From Antechinus flavipes (Eukaryota), in NCBI RefSeq assembly GCF_016432865.1, contig NC_067398.1:703266001-703329837 (forward strand): a stretch of DNA of 63,837 nucleotides, in the 5' to 3' direction. The notes beneath the pieces are model-generated. The model worked only from the letters and a program-made list of their open reading frames with translations. It did not search any database and was not told the DNA's origin. Numbering within the stretch: position 1 is the first letter of the stretch; the number at the start of each line of letters is the position of its first letter. The translations under genes and the position numbers were made by a program. Positions 35,094 to 47,600 of this stretch are shown one piece after another.

Positions 35094-36879
35094 CATTTCA
35101 TGTTTCTGGGGTCCAAACTTTCTAGCGACAGCCCTGGATTTGTGATCATATATTTACTAATGAAGCTCAATTAAGAATGTAAGCTCAAGAGAAGGCACTT
35201 TTTATATTTTTGTTTTGGGGTTTTTTTAGTTGTTCTTTTTTTTGCCTTTGCTTTGTGTGTGCTCAGCATTTTGCACAATGCCTGGTGAATAGTAAATGTC
35301 TAAGAAATGCATGTTGACTGACTGTCAAACCAAAACATATTCGGGATTGACACGAACTCAGCCAAAATCCTTGTGATTGTTTTTCCCTCTTGTCTCAACA
35401 AGACTATTCCCGTTCAGTAATTCTACCCAGAGAGGTTATTTTGCAATTAGACATGATTTTCCCTCCTGTATCCATTGGCACCCCTGCAGCTGTTGGCACT
35501 TGTCTTCATCAGTGCCCATAAGATTTAAAACCAAAAATAAAAATGTAAGAAACCTGAACCCAGTGGCTTCTGGCATCTTCAGCTGTGGGGTGCAAGAGGA
35601 GCCGCTGATCCTTCCGATGGAAGCTGGAGAACTGGAGGAAGATGAAGGTAATTGTCATCAAAATCCCTAATGCCAGGGAACAGTATGTCCCTGGGCTCAC
35701 AGGCAGGGCTGTTTGGATAGTTTGGGAAGCACTTTGATTGCCTTTGAGTGCTCTATCCTTTGCATACACCGTGTTCCAAGCAATTTTCACCAGTTGCAAT
35801 TCCAGCAGGAAAACATCATAGCTAAGAATTTTAACCCATGCTGAGCTCAAATTATCTTACCAAGGTCAGGTTGGCATTTTACAGAAGGATCAGAGAATGA
35901 TAATGAACAGAAAACAAAAAGAAAGGCTATCCGTGAGACCTACCATTTACAGAGCTCTTCAAAGTTTGAGGAAGCCACTTTACATACGTGATCTCATTTG
36001 GCCATTACAACAACCCTGGGAGAGACATATTGTGATAATCCCCACTTTCCAGATGAGAAATGATTAAATGAATTGCCTAGAGTTTTAAAGCTGGTGATTC
36101 CAACTCCATGCTCTATCCATGGTGCTACTTAACTGATGGTAAATTATACAAATATATACATTGTTTTCCCCATAGAAAATATAAACATATTAGGGATGAG
36201 GACTGGTTTTCTATATTAACAAAACCTAGCACAGGGCCTGGGATATAGAAGGTTCCTAATTAAAGAGTTCTTTCTGATGAAATTTTATCTCCTAGGAGAG
36301 AGTACACTGCAAAGTACAGGTGAGGTTACTTTACTAAGCCATCAGAGAATCAAGGGATCCTAAGTCTAGAACAGGAAGGCACTTTTGAAAGCCCTTGAGA
36401 CCAAGCCCTTCTTTTTCAGATGAAGAAATAGAGGCACAGGAAAGTTTAATGACTTGCTCGGGCTCACTCACCTAGTTAATATCTAAGTAAAAGTTTGGAC
36501 ACAGATATTCCTGACTCTTTGCTGGATTTGGCTCTCAGGCACATTGTTTCCTTAGTCACACAGCCTCCAAAAACATTTTGTATGGCACAATAGGAAAAAT
36601 AATAAATTTGGGATTAAAAGTCTTGGACTGTGACTTATTACCTCTGTGACCAAATACTCCTCACTCTGGCAGTCTCAGTTTGCTCACCTGTAGAATTTTT
36701 CTCAGGATCAGAAGGGACTTTGGCAGTTCAACTTTTGTCTAAACTGGAAGTCTCTATAGTAGTCATCCAATTTGAAGTCCTGACTGGTTCTTTCCTTCTG
36801 ATTCTACCATCCATGGTGGGACTTTCATGGCCATATGCCTCAACTATCTCTTGCCAATAGATTTGCCTGCAGTACTTCT

Positions 36880-37400
36880 CTCCCTTCCCAGTCTATCTCC
36901 CACTTATTGGTCAAACTGATCTTAAAGTACAGCTCTGACTATGTGAACCCTCTGCAAACCCCAAGTCAAATGCCACTGACCCCCTATTAACCTCCAATAT
37001 CAAAGTCCTATTTTTGGCAATGAGGACTTGTCATAATCTTGCCCCTTCCTACCTTTTTAGTCTTCTTATACCTTACAATCCACCAATAATAATACTATGC
37101 TTTGATCCAAAGACACGGGCTTCCTGACTGTTCCTCACACAATATGCCATATCTGAACATTTTCACTGGCTCTCTTCCATTCCTGGAAGGCTCTCCCCCT
37201 TCATCTCCATCTCCTGGCTTCTTTTAAATCTTTTAAATCTCAGCCAAAATCCCACCTTCTACAAGAAGCCTTTCCCAATTCCACTTAATACTCATGCCTT
37301 TCCTCTGTTGATTATTTCCAATTTATCCTGCCCATATCTTGTTTATATATAGTTTGGTGTATATGATATTTCCTACATTAGACTGTGAACATCTTAAGAG
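36880..37400 (+). mobile_element. L2 3' fragment
   Basis: aaagtacagctctgactatgtga...ctcagccaaaatcccaccttctacaagaagcctttccc...cattagactgtgaacatctt. Confidence 0.8.
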
Positions 37401-37407
37401 AAGGGAG

Positions 37408-37410
<3 letters not shown>

Positions 37411-37452
<42 letters not shown>
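37411..37452. repeat. (TG)21 microsatellite
   Basis: Read directly. Confidence 0.98.
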
Positions 37453-37459
<7 letters not shown>

Positions 37460-40400
37460 TTGCCTTTTTTTCTATCCCCAAAATTTAATAAAGTACCTGG
37501 CACATAGTAGGTGCTATTAAATGCTTTTTAAAACTTGACTCAATTCTCACTTCAGCCCCCTTTCAGGACCTAACAGAAACTATCCTGACATGGGATTTTG
37601 GTCCCTAAGATCACAGATTTAGAGCTGGGAAATATCTCAGAGACCAGTTAGTACAACTCTCTCATACCACTCATTTAGAACCTACTATCAAAATGAGATT
37701 TGATTATAAGGCCTCTCATTTCCTTCTCAGTTCTAAAACTTGTGCTCTTTAGTCATTTAGTCACTTAGAATCTCAGTTTCTACATCTTTAAAATGGAAAT
37801 AGTCATACTTGTATTACCTAACTCCAAAGGTTGTGACAGGGGTATGGGGATCCATTAATTCAAACTTCTGTTTACATGTGCAAAGTCCATACTTCTAGAG
37901 AAGGGGGCCAGAAAGAAAGAAATGGCATGGCTTTACCAAATCACTAAGCAGCCCAGGAATTTTCCCAGCCTGCTTAGGGAAGAAAGGACAAACCGGTACC
38001 TACATCAGGATGGCTGATTCTTAAATACCCCTACTCAAACCTCCTGCAAGAATATCCCTCTAGGCAAGGTAGCACCTCTCTAGAGAAAAGACAAAATAGG
38101 GTGCCTGAGGCTCTGGTCTTAAAGCCAGAGGATCTGAATTTTAGTAACAGCTCTGACAAATGTTCTCAGCTGCTTTTATATTCCTTGTTTGGATCCATAC
38201 TAGTTAATATGAGAGCTTGAAGGGGGAGTAGGAGGCAAGAAGGGGGAAAGGAATAGTCAGATAAATTGCATTTGACTCTGTTCCCCTTGTCTGAAATGCC
38301 TGCTTCTGACTCCTACTTCTTCTTTCCTCATTAGAAATTCTCCCCACTTTTCAAGGTCCATTCCATCCTCCCAGCTCTGACATCCTCCCAGTTTTCTGAG
38401 GTCCCTCCAGCTCTCATAATCTATTTTTAAGGCGTCATCCAAATTTGATAGTTATGTTCTAAGACCCCTTTGGCTTTGACACTTTCAGTTCTAAAACACC
38501 TTCCACTTATGGCATTCTCTCTTCTACAATTCTGACATTTCCTGTTCTCAGGATTCTTCCAGGCCTATTCATCTCTTTTAACAAAAATTTCCTACACCCC
38601 ATTCCTAAATCCTCACCCCAGTCAAAAGGGAAATGTCTTTCTTCGAGAGTATCCAAAGAATTGACTGTGTTCTGTTTTGTATTATAGATAATTCTGTATG
38701 TCATTTCACTCCCAAGACTTTATACTATGAGGTATTAAATTTCTAAAGGGCAGATAGTTTCTTACTCATTTTTGTGTTCCCCCTCCCCCCAGCACCTAAT
38801 TTTACACACAATATGTGTTTAATAAATGTTTGTTGGAATGAAATACCGTGCCTATTTATGTAACCTTATTTAAAGCTGAGAAAAACCCCAGAGATCACTT
38901 AATCTAACCCCTTTATTTAACAGAGAAAAAACTGAGGCCTAATTAACTTGACTCCAGACTGTTGAGAAACAATGACCCCTTAACGTGCTCCCAAAATGAA
39001 ATGGACTACTTCTGGACAGAGTGACTATTCAATTAGATGATCCTTTGCTGAAGCTATTGTAGAATATATACTTCTTGAGGGCAGGAGTTATTTCATTTTT
39101 GTCTTCATGTTTGTAATCCCTAGAGAGAATATGGCACACAGTAAGTGCTTAATAAATGCTTAGAGGATTGTCGAATTAATTGGGCTATATTCTATATCTA
39201 AAATTCTGTGGTTCTGAAATTAAATTATAATACCCTCTTGTTATTAAGCATTGAAGCAGTAGATAATCCGCCTCAAAGCCAAAAAGACCTAGATTCAAGT
39301 CCAGTCTCTGACACATTGTGACTGTTTGACCCTGAGTGAATCATTTAACAACCCTTCAAGACCAAAAGCTCTGAAGAAGGTGTCAAACTTCATCAGTAAG
39401 AGTTTCCCTGTAGCAAAGAAATCATAGAGCATTCCTATTTCAATTCTCTCATTCGTTTTAACTGTTTAGCTGCTTATCAAGCAGATTTTTATGTTTATCT
39501 GCCCAGAATAAAAAGCATATTTATCTATTTATGTTGAGAGCCAAGGTATCCGTGATTACGGTTTATCAAAGGAGATCAAGGTCAAAATGGACAGATGTTT
39601 CACCAGTGGAGAGGGCCTCAGGATTGATTTGCAATTGGGTAAATGCACAAATACACTTTCTTTTTGACAGTGAGTCAGTGCTGTCCAACAGAGAGAGGCA
39701 GAACTGAAAAAGAAAAAGTAACAACTTCTCAGGAACATAATGAGCACAGTTCTTACTCAATATTTGTCCATAACAGATAAGCACAAATCACCAGGGTTAG
39801 AACCGGCCTCCTCTGGACCAAGATGCTCTTTAATGAACAGGATCAAGTGAGTGACTATCGATTCCACCTAGTGGTTGGAAAGTTATTTGGCCTGGTTTAT
39901 ATAAATAGAAAGTAATTTTTAAAAAACACCCTGTTGAAATTTGATGCTCAATTCAATCACATTAGCTTCTCAAATATATTTTAATCTAGGATCATAACCA
40001 TCATTCTATAAAAATCAATTTAACACAAGAAAATTTATTAAGTACCTATTATGTTCCATACGAGGCACTGGGAAAACAAATACAAAAATGAATCAGTCTC
40101 TGGATACAAGGAGCTTACTTTCTTTTGAATGGAAAGAGTGGAAGAAGGGAATGGTTCATTAAGTTCAGAAGCAAGTAATATTAAGTCATTCCAAGAGGGA
40201 GAGAATGTTGATAGGTCAAGAGATCAGAAATCTTGTATAGGATGTGATTCCGGAGCTGTGTTTTAAAGGAAGCTGGGATTCTAAGAGGCAAAGGTGAAGA
40301 GAGAGTATATTCTAAGCATGGGGGTGACTTTGACAAAGGCAGGCAAGGAAACAGCTAGCAAGTCAATTTGACTAGAATGGACTTGGGGGAAAGGAGTATT

Positions 40401-40618
40401 ATTAAATAAGTTAGTTAAATATAGGGCTTTAAAGCAAACAAGATTTATCAGTATCTCTCTAATAATAAGGCATCATTATTTGTTTCTGGGTCTACAATAT
40501 ATTAGTGCTCCTGAGATTGGGGTAATAACTTCAGAGCAACATAATATAGTGAAAGTTGCCTGGGTTTGATTTAGGAAGACCTGGATTCCAAATTTACCTC
40601 TTTCTCTTATGTAGGACC

Positions 40619-40852
40619 ACAAATTTAGAGCTAGATGATAATTGGAGAAATAGATATAGAAGGATTATATATGTTTAACATATATTGGGTTACTTGCCAT
40701 CTAGAGGAGGGGTGGGGAAAGAGAGGGGGAAAAATGGAACACAAGGTTTTGCAAGGGTTTGTATTGAAGATTATGTTTGCATATGTTTTGAAAATCAAAA
40801 GTTTTAATAATAAAAAATTAAAACATAGGAAAAAAACAAATTTAGAGCTAGA
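40619..40852 (+). mobile_element. 200-bp L1 3' end with 17-bp TSD, inserted in a MIR3-like end
   Basis: TSD acaaatttagagctaga at 40619-40635 and 40836-40852; same L1 family as 54119-54840. Confidence 0.88.
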
Positions 40853-41249
40853 AGGAGGCTCTATCCATCCTGTTCATTTTATAGATAAAGAAATTGAGAT
40901 ACAGGATAGTTAAATGACTTGTCTAGGATCATATAGCTAGTAAGCTTACAATGCAGAATCTTAACCCTGGACTTCTGACTCCTAATCCAGTCATGTTTCC
41001 ACATTTGTATTCCATGTAACTAAATAGGTTACCTCCTCCTTCCCCTTCCAACCATAAGCCTCTGTTTATTTTCAATCTGTAAAATGGGGGGGAAACATTC
41101 TTTCTCTCTGCTTTCTGGGGTCTTGAGAATCCAGAGAGATGGAGCAAAACTTTCTATAAATGAAAAACGTTATTGGAAAACATGAGCCCCAATCACCACC
41201 ACTGGGCTAAAAGTAAGCGTGAAAGGACCCTTCCTGTCCTGAGGAGGAT

Positions 41250-41410
41250 GACACCATGAGTCAGGTTGGTTGGCAGGCTCTGTAAACAAGAACACTTATA
41301 ACCTCAAGCTTCTATCATTCCCAGGCAGCTGCAGCAGGAAGATGGCAGTCAGGGAATTCCCAAAATAGATGAAGCCCTTCTTACAAACACCCTAAAATGA
41401 CTCAGTGCCT
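41250..41410. promoter_or_regulatory. Candidate NF-kB/AP-1/FOX enhancer
   Basis: TGAGTCA 41257, TGTAAACA 41281, GGGAATTCCC 41352, TGACTCA 41398. Confidence 0.4.
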
Positions 41411-41604
41411 TGAGATTCCAAGGGGCCTCCAGTATGCTGGAGAATCTGCAAGCTTCTGTCTCCAAGGGTTCTTGTTTCTCACTAATGAGGCAGCCTATCA
41501 CCACTCTTCTAGGGGTAAGCCTGGTACCCACTCTAACTAATGGGCAGAGTTCATCCACATGGGAGGGGATCTGTCTCCAGGGACAGACTCCCCAACTTGG
41601 TAAT

Positions 41605-42120
41605 AATAAAAATAATTATAATTATAGATTTTAATTCACAAATATTATATCATTGGACCCTCACAACAATCTGGTAGATAGGTGCTATTATTATTCCTAT
41701 TTTATAGATGAAGAAACTGAGGCAAATAGGGATGTGACTTGTTCAAGGTCAGACGGTTAATAAATGTCTGAGGCTGGATTTGAATTTGTCTTCCTAATTT
41801 GAGGTTCAGTGCTCTCTCCACTTCATAGCCTAGCTGTCTCACCTAGCTTGATGAGGATTAATTGTATCTTTGGCTGCCTGTTATTGTTGTCTGGTCATTT
41901 CAGTCATATCCACATCTTCGTGATTCCAGTTGGTCTTTTCTTGGCAAACATATTGGAGTGATTGGCCAATTCCTTCTCCAGTTCCTTTTACATATGAGGA
42001 AACTGAGGCAAACATAATTAAGTGATTTGCCCAGGTTCACACGGCTAATAAGTATCTGAGGCCAGAAGATGAGTCTTCCTGATTCCAGGATTAATACTAT
42101 ACTCACTGTGCCACCTGAAA
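41605..42120 (-). mobile_element. MIR followed by MAR1-type SINE
   Basis: CORE blocks ttttatagatgaagaaactgaggc (41700) and catatgaggaaactgaggc (41992); MAR1 tail ttcttggcaaacatattggagtg. Confidence 0.8.
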
Positions 42121-42391
42121 GGTAAACCTATCAATGGTTTTGTGTATGTGGACCCACAAAGAATACTTGAATTATCACAGATAATTTTCTGGGTTTCTAG
42201 AAGATCCAACTTTGGAAGTATGAGTTGGTGGAGAGTAAGGCAGGTACCACGGTTAATAGAAAATATTAACAAATGAAACACCAAGTAATTTTGGAGAGAG
42301 AAAATTGAGAAATTAGAATCTCAGGAAATGAATTGTCCACAAGCTCTTACAAAGCTGTCATGTGGAAGAGGTATTATTATGCTTGTTTTGC

Positions 42392-42652
42392 TTGGTGTAG
42401 AAGGCAAAACTAGGAGCAATAGGTTAAAAGTTTTGAAGAATGCAGCTGAGATTTGACAAGTTACCTAACAATCAGTCATTCCAAAGTCGAATGCACTGCC
42501 TCATTAGGTAGTGAGCTCTCCATCACTAGAGATATCTAAGCAAAATCTGCCTGATCACTCATCTAGTGTATTATAGGAGAGATTTTGTTTCTGATGTAGA
42601 TGGTTCTACATGGCTGCTAAGACTCCTTCTACCTCAGAATTCTTGTGATCCT
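42392..42652 (+). mobile_element. L3/CR1 3' end
   Basis: gaatgcactgcctcattaggtagtgagctctccatcactagag...aagactccttctacctcagaattcttgtgatcc. Confidence 0.75.
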
Positions 42653-42665
42653 TTACTATGGGATA

Positions 42666-42916
42666 GAGAAGAAAAAAAGGAGGAGGAGGAGGAGGAAGAG
42701 AAAAAGAAGGAGGAGGAGGAGAAAGAAGAGAAGGAGGAGAAACAGGAAGAGGAGAAGGAGACAGAGGAAGAGTAGGAGGAGGAGGAGGAAGAAGAGTAGG
42801 AGAAGGAGGAGGAAGAGGAAGAGAAGGAGGAAGAGAAGAAGAAGGAAAAGGAGGAAGAGGAAGAAGTAAAGGAGGAGGAGGAGGAGGATAAAGAAGAGCA
42901 GGAGGAGGAGGAGGAA
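42666..42916. repeat. (GAG/GAA)n polypurine triplet tract
   Basis: About 250 bp of almost purely A/G. Confidence 0.95.
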
Positions 42917-43769
42917 AATTCTAGATACATATAACAGCCCCCAAGCTGCAGAGCCCTGAAGTCACTGTTTGGAAAAGGGTTCCTACATCGGGTTCCCAAG
43001 TCTAATTGTTCACAGTGCCTTATTACAGACCTAGAACACCCTTTAGAGTCATATACTCCTCTGTCAATGCTTACATTTACATTGCTATTGAGCTCCTTAC
43101 TAAAAGATCTGTGACCACTTCCCAGACAGTGGACTCCTTGTAAGGCTCAGATCAGCATCAAAAAAATTGTCCTTGTGCCTCCAGCAATGAATAAGTAGCA
43201 GTCATAATGATAACAGCTGACTTTGCTGTAACCCTAGCAGGGTTTAAGTCCCAACTAAAATCCCATCTTCTTTGGGAAGGCTTCTCCATTCCCTTTTATT
43301 TCCAGTGCCTTCTGTTAATGATTTCCTTTTTAGCCAGTAGGTATAGCTTGCTTTGTATATTTGTTTGCACCTTATCTCCATCCTAAAATTGTAAGCTCTC
43401 TGAGGGCAGGGACTGTCATTTGCTTCTTTCTATCCCCAGTGCTTACTTAGCATAGTGTCTAGCACATAGTAGGCATTAATAAATTTTTTTTGATTGATTA
43501 ATCCTCACTAATTTGTCAAGTAAAGGCAGCATAGAACTGATGTAGAGCAAGAAAACCTGAGTTCAAATTCTAAATCCACAATGTGATCATGGGTAAGCCT
43601 CTACATACAGCAAAACAAGCATAATAATAACAATACCTATTCCACGTGATAGCTTTGTAAGAACTTGCAGACATTCATGAGATCTCAATGTCTCAATATT
43701 CTCCCTCTAAAATGCCCTGTCTGGACTTGAGTTTCCTTATTTCTAAAAGGAGTGCATTTCACAGATCTA

Positions 43770-44001
43770 AGTTCCCTTCCATCTTGAAATCAAGGATTTT
43801 ATTATTAGGAAAAGGCTACTAGCAGGAACTCCTTCTTTGCCAAGCAGCCCAGAGGCTCTGGGGAATGAACAGGCTGGTACATGGGACTATCAGTCAGGTC
43901 TCCTCCCAGCCTCCCAGCTGCTAAACTTAAGAATCATCACCATTCTTCTACTCCTGCTTCCAAATATGTTCTACAGCACACTTTCAGTTTCCATAACAAA
44001 A
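43770..44001 (+). repeat. Local dispersed duplication, copy 1 (putative donor)
   Basis: About 90% identical to 45197-45431. Confidence 0.92.
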
Positions 44002-44019
44002 AGCCCACAGGGAGCCCCC

Positions 44020-44440
44020 AAGTAGATTCAAATCGATTTAAAAAGCATGTATTACAAGCTTGCTATATGCCAGATAGTGGGAGTGCAGAAAAAATAAATA
44101 GGTCTTGCCCTCAAGGGATTTACATTCTATTGGAAGAAAATAACTGTTCAAAACTACAAATAAGAGCTCACTTGAAGAAGTTACCAATGCTAAAATCTGG
44201 AATCAGAAGGAAAACATAATAGGTTTCCTAGAGGAGGTGTCTTAAATGTGAGTTGAGGTAAATCTTAAAGGATGCTGAGGCAGAGATGAGGAGGCCATAG
44301 CTTCAGGGTATGAGGGATAACGTGGACAAAGACATGGAGGTAGGAGATGGAATGACTGAATGTGGACGATCCAATGATCAGTCTATGAGAAATCCAAAAG
44401 TCAAAGTACATGAGAAGTTCAAAGAAAGGAGGAAGAGGAT
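44020..44440 (-). mobile_element. L2 3' fragment
   Basis: aagcatgtattacaagcttgctatatgccag...ggtcttgccctcaagggatttacattctatt...gcagagatgaggagg. Confidence 0.75.
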
Positions 44441-44510
44441 CTTGTTGGGCTAGTCAGTTCTACTCACATATTTGAGATGGAGTAGCATAGGAAGGGTTAA
44501 ACTACTTTTT

Positions 44511-44644
44511 NNNNNNNNNNNNNNNNNNNNNNNNNNNNNNNNNNNNNNNNNNNNNNNNNNNNNNNNNNNNNNNNNNNNNNNNNNNNNNNNNNNNNNNNNN
44601 NNNNNNNNNNNNNNNNNNNNNNNNNNNNNNNNNNNNNNNNNNNN
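44511..44644. other. Assembly gap (134 N)
   Basis: Run of N. Confidence 1.
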
Positions 44645-45089
44645 TTTCTCCCCTCCACAGAAAAATCATTGATTCTCTGGAGTAAAAAAAAAAAATGAGT
44701 TCAAAACCTCTCTGATATTTAATATTCATGTGACCTTGAACAAATAGTTTAACCTTCTTAGGCTTCAGTTTCCTCATTTGTAAATCTAGGGAGTTGACTG
44801 AGTTGTTCTCTAAAGAACTATCCAGATCATGACTCAACAATCCCACTTAAAAGCAGCTCTGGGGGTCCCCAAGACTTCTTTTTCCAGTCCTGAACAGAGC
44901 ACAAAAGCAAATCAAGAAACTCTGCGCCAAGTTATTGACAATTCCAGGCAAGGTAATAGCCAGTGAAGAGTCATGGATGCAGCCCACTTACCTTCCTCTT
45001 ACAGGGAATTGACTACCTCTCCCCACTTGTCTCTCAAGCACTTAGCACATTGCCGGGCATACTGCAGGTGTTTAATAAGTGTGTGTTGA

Positions 45090-46540
45090 TGAATCCATTG
45101 GTTGATTATGAGGGAATGGATGCTTGAAAAAAGAGGATGTATATAAGATATCCTAAAGGTAGAAATGACAAAATTTGGGAACTGATTGGATAAAAGAGTT
45201 CCCTTCCATCTTGAAATCAAGGATCTTATTAGGAAAAAGCTAACTCTTTAGTTAGGCAGGAATTCCTTTGCCAAGCAGCCCAGAGGTTCTGGGGAATGAA
45301 CAGGCTGGTATAAGGGGCCATCAGTCAGGTCTCCTCCCAGCCTTCCAGCTGCTAAACTTAGGAATCATCACCATTCTTCTACTCCTGCTTCCAGATATGT
45401 TTTATAGCACACTTTCAGTTCTGATAACAAAGAAGAGGTAAGAGTGATGAGTTGAGGATGACCTAGGTTTGAGTATGGGCGACAAGGAGTTAGTTTTGCC
45501 CTTAACTATGAGGAAGAGGAGAAAGATTTTTGGGGGATAAGGGGTTGGCGGAGGGGAAGAATAACAAGTTCTGTTTGGGGCATGTTGAATTTACATTTTA
45601 TATAGGACATCCAGTTTGAGATGTCCAATATGCAGTTGGAGATGTGACAACAAAAGTCAGATGAGAAGTTAGGGCTGAATGAATTGATGGAAGGATCATC
45701 TGCAAAGACATGATAATTGAATCTATAGGAACTCTGAGATCCTTAAGCAAAATAGTATGAAAGGAAAAAAGAAGAGTATCTAAGTGAAGATGATCTTGAG
45801 GGACACTGACTCATGTTAGAGGGAACAAGTTGGATGAAGGTCCAGCAAAGGTAGGAGGAGAATCAAGAAAGAGAAGTGCCACCAAAAAAACTAGAGAGAA
45901 GAGGGTGTATGACAGTGTCAGAAAGGACAAGACAGATAGAGATTGTGAAGGTCATTGGATTTGCCAATTAAGAGAACAGGTAACATTCAAGAAAGCAGTT
46001 TCAGATGAATAATGAAATTAAAAGCCAGCCTTGCAAAGAGTTTAGAAGGTGATGAGACAATGTAGAGGCCCTTGGGGTGTCTAACAGTGTTAGACACACT
46101 TATCAAGGAGTTCAGCCATGAAAGCTAAACCTCTATAAAAGAGAGGAGAAATTTAGAACAATAATTGGTCAGGATAGAAAGAAGAAGAGAGGGTTTCTGG
46201 AGGATGGGGGAGAATCTTCATGTCTCCATTTTTTGTGTGTGTTTCTAGACAGTAAAGAAGCAGTCAATACGAAGGGAGAGACTGAAGATAAATGAGAAAA
46301 TGGGGTTGACAGAGAAGATAATTTGCTGGAGGAGATGAACTGGGATGGGTGTTGCTTCTCCATGCAAAGGGGGTTGCCTTGGAAAGGAGAAGGACCACTT
46401 CATGTTGTGAGATAGGGATAGAGGATAAGAGAACATCAGAAGGCATCCGAGTGATGTGAAAATGTAGAAAGAAGAGGGAACTCATAGCAACTGGCCTCAA
46501 CTTTCTCACTAAAATATGAGACAAGGTTTTCAGCCGAGAA
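45090..46540 (-). mobile_element. L2 fragment interrupted by the 45197-45431 insertion
   Basis: ggtagaaatgacaaaatttgggaactgattggata || gagtgatgagttgaggatgac...tttgggcatgttgaattt...ggacatccagtttgagatgtcc (antisense L2). Confidence 0.8.
45197..45431 (+). repeat. Local dispersed duplication, copy 2 (inside L2)
   Basis: agttcccttccatcttgaaatcaaggat...cacactttcagtt..ataacaaa shared with 43770-44001. Confidence 0.92.
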
Positions 46541-47159
46541 AGTTAGACAGACATATCCCTGGAGGCAGCCTTATACCCAGGACTTTGCTTTTGGCACAAA
46601 GAGACAAAAGCCGCTCCAAACATTTGGTCTTTTCAAATAGAGGCAGGTTGGGAGAGCTGAGAGATTGGAAGGAGGGACCTGAACAATAAATAAATGGAAA
46701 TGCAGGATTTGAAATCATGAAATTCCCTTAAGCTGGGAAGATAAGGAAGAATTAGGGATTTAACATTTTGAATGTAAGATTTCTCCATTCTTTTGATATG
46801 GTAAAGCACATGAGCATTGGTCATATCCCAGAAGACAAAATACAGACACATACATGTATACAGACATAAGACATTGGTGCTAAAAGGCAGATGGTTACTG
46901 GAGAACAGATGTTTTCCTCAATTCCACTGTAAATTTCTCAATATTCTTAGGGGACCTGGGACAGGAAAGGACTGTTTTTTGTTCACAGTGATACAGAGTT
47001 CAACTACATTCGCACAATATTCAGGAAGACAACAAATAAAACAGGCATCAGAGATGAGCAGAACTGGGAAGAAACCAGTGGTGTTCTTACCTCCCAAGAT
47101 CTGGATACTATGCAGCTCTGAATGCAGCTCAAGACCACATTAGTTCTTTTGGTAATTAC

Positions 47160-47600
47160 ATTCTATGAAAAACTCATTAAGCTTGCAGTCCATTTAGCAA
47201 TTCCCCTTTCTCCACCCAGATCTTCTTAGACAAGTTACTTAGCCACATTTCTCCCATTCTAGACTTTGTAAAGCTGATTATTTTTTGTAGAAAAGGCTAA
47301 GAATTCATATTGATTCTGTTACCTAATTCTATTTGACCCAAATGCCTTTCAATATCTTTTATATCCATTTTCAACCAGCATTTTAGCCAGCTCTCTTAGG
47401 TTTGTGCCATCTGGAAATTTGACAAATACGTCTTCTATCCCTTTATTCAAGCTACTGATAAAAATATTTAATGGTACAGAGTCAAGTACGCATCCTTGGA
47501 TCAGTCCTTTCATGATAACGCTGGACTGTAAATGACTAGTCTTTATGTCCAATGATTGAACCAATTCTAAAGCTACCCTACTGTGCATCCACATTCATCA
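47160..47600 (-). mobile_element. L3/CR1 reverse-transcriptase fragment
   Basis: ORF 47349..47594 reads GLIQGCVLDSVPLNIFISSLNKGIE..FVKFPDGTNL, matching CR1 GVPQGSVLGP.LFNIFINDL...KFADDTKL. Confidence 0.88.

Noticed and set aside
34893-35170. ORFs spanning the N run (also 44472..44846)
   Set aside because: Open only because N codons cannot be stops.
42566-42999. Poly-Glu, poly-Arg/Lys (protamine-like) and poly-Ser ORFs
   Set aside because: All frames of a GAG/GAA microsatellite, starting in an L3 fragment; not a protamine gene.
47349-47594. RT-like 81-aa ORF
   Set aside because: Decayed L3/CR1 fragment with the catalytic FADD mutated to FPDG; not a host gene or active element.
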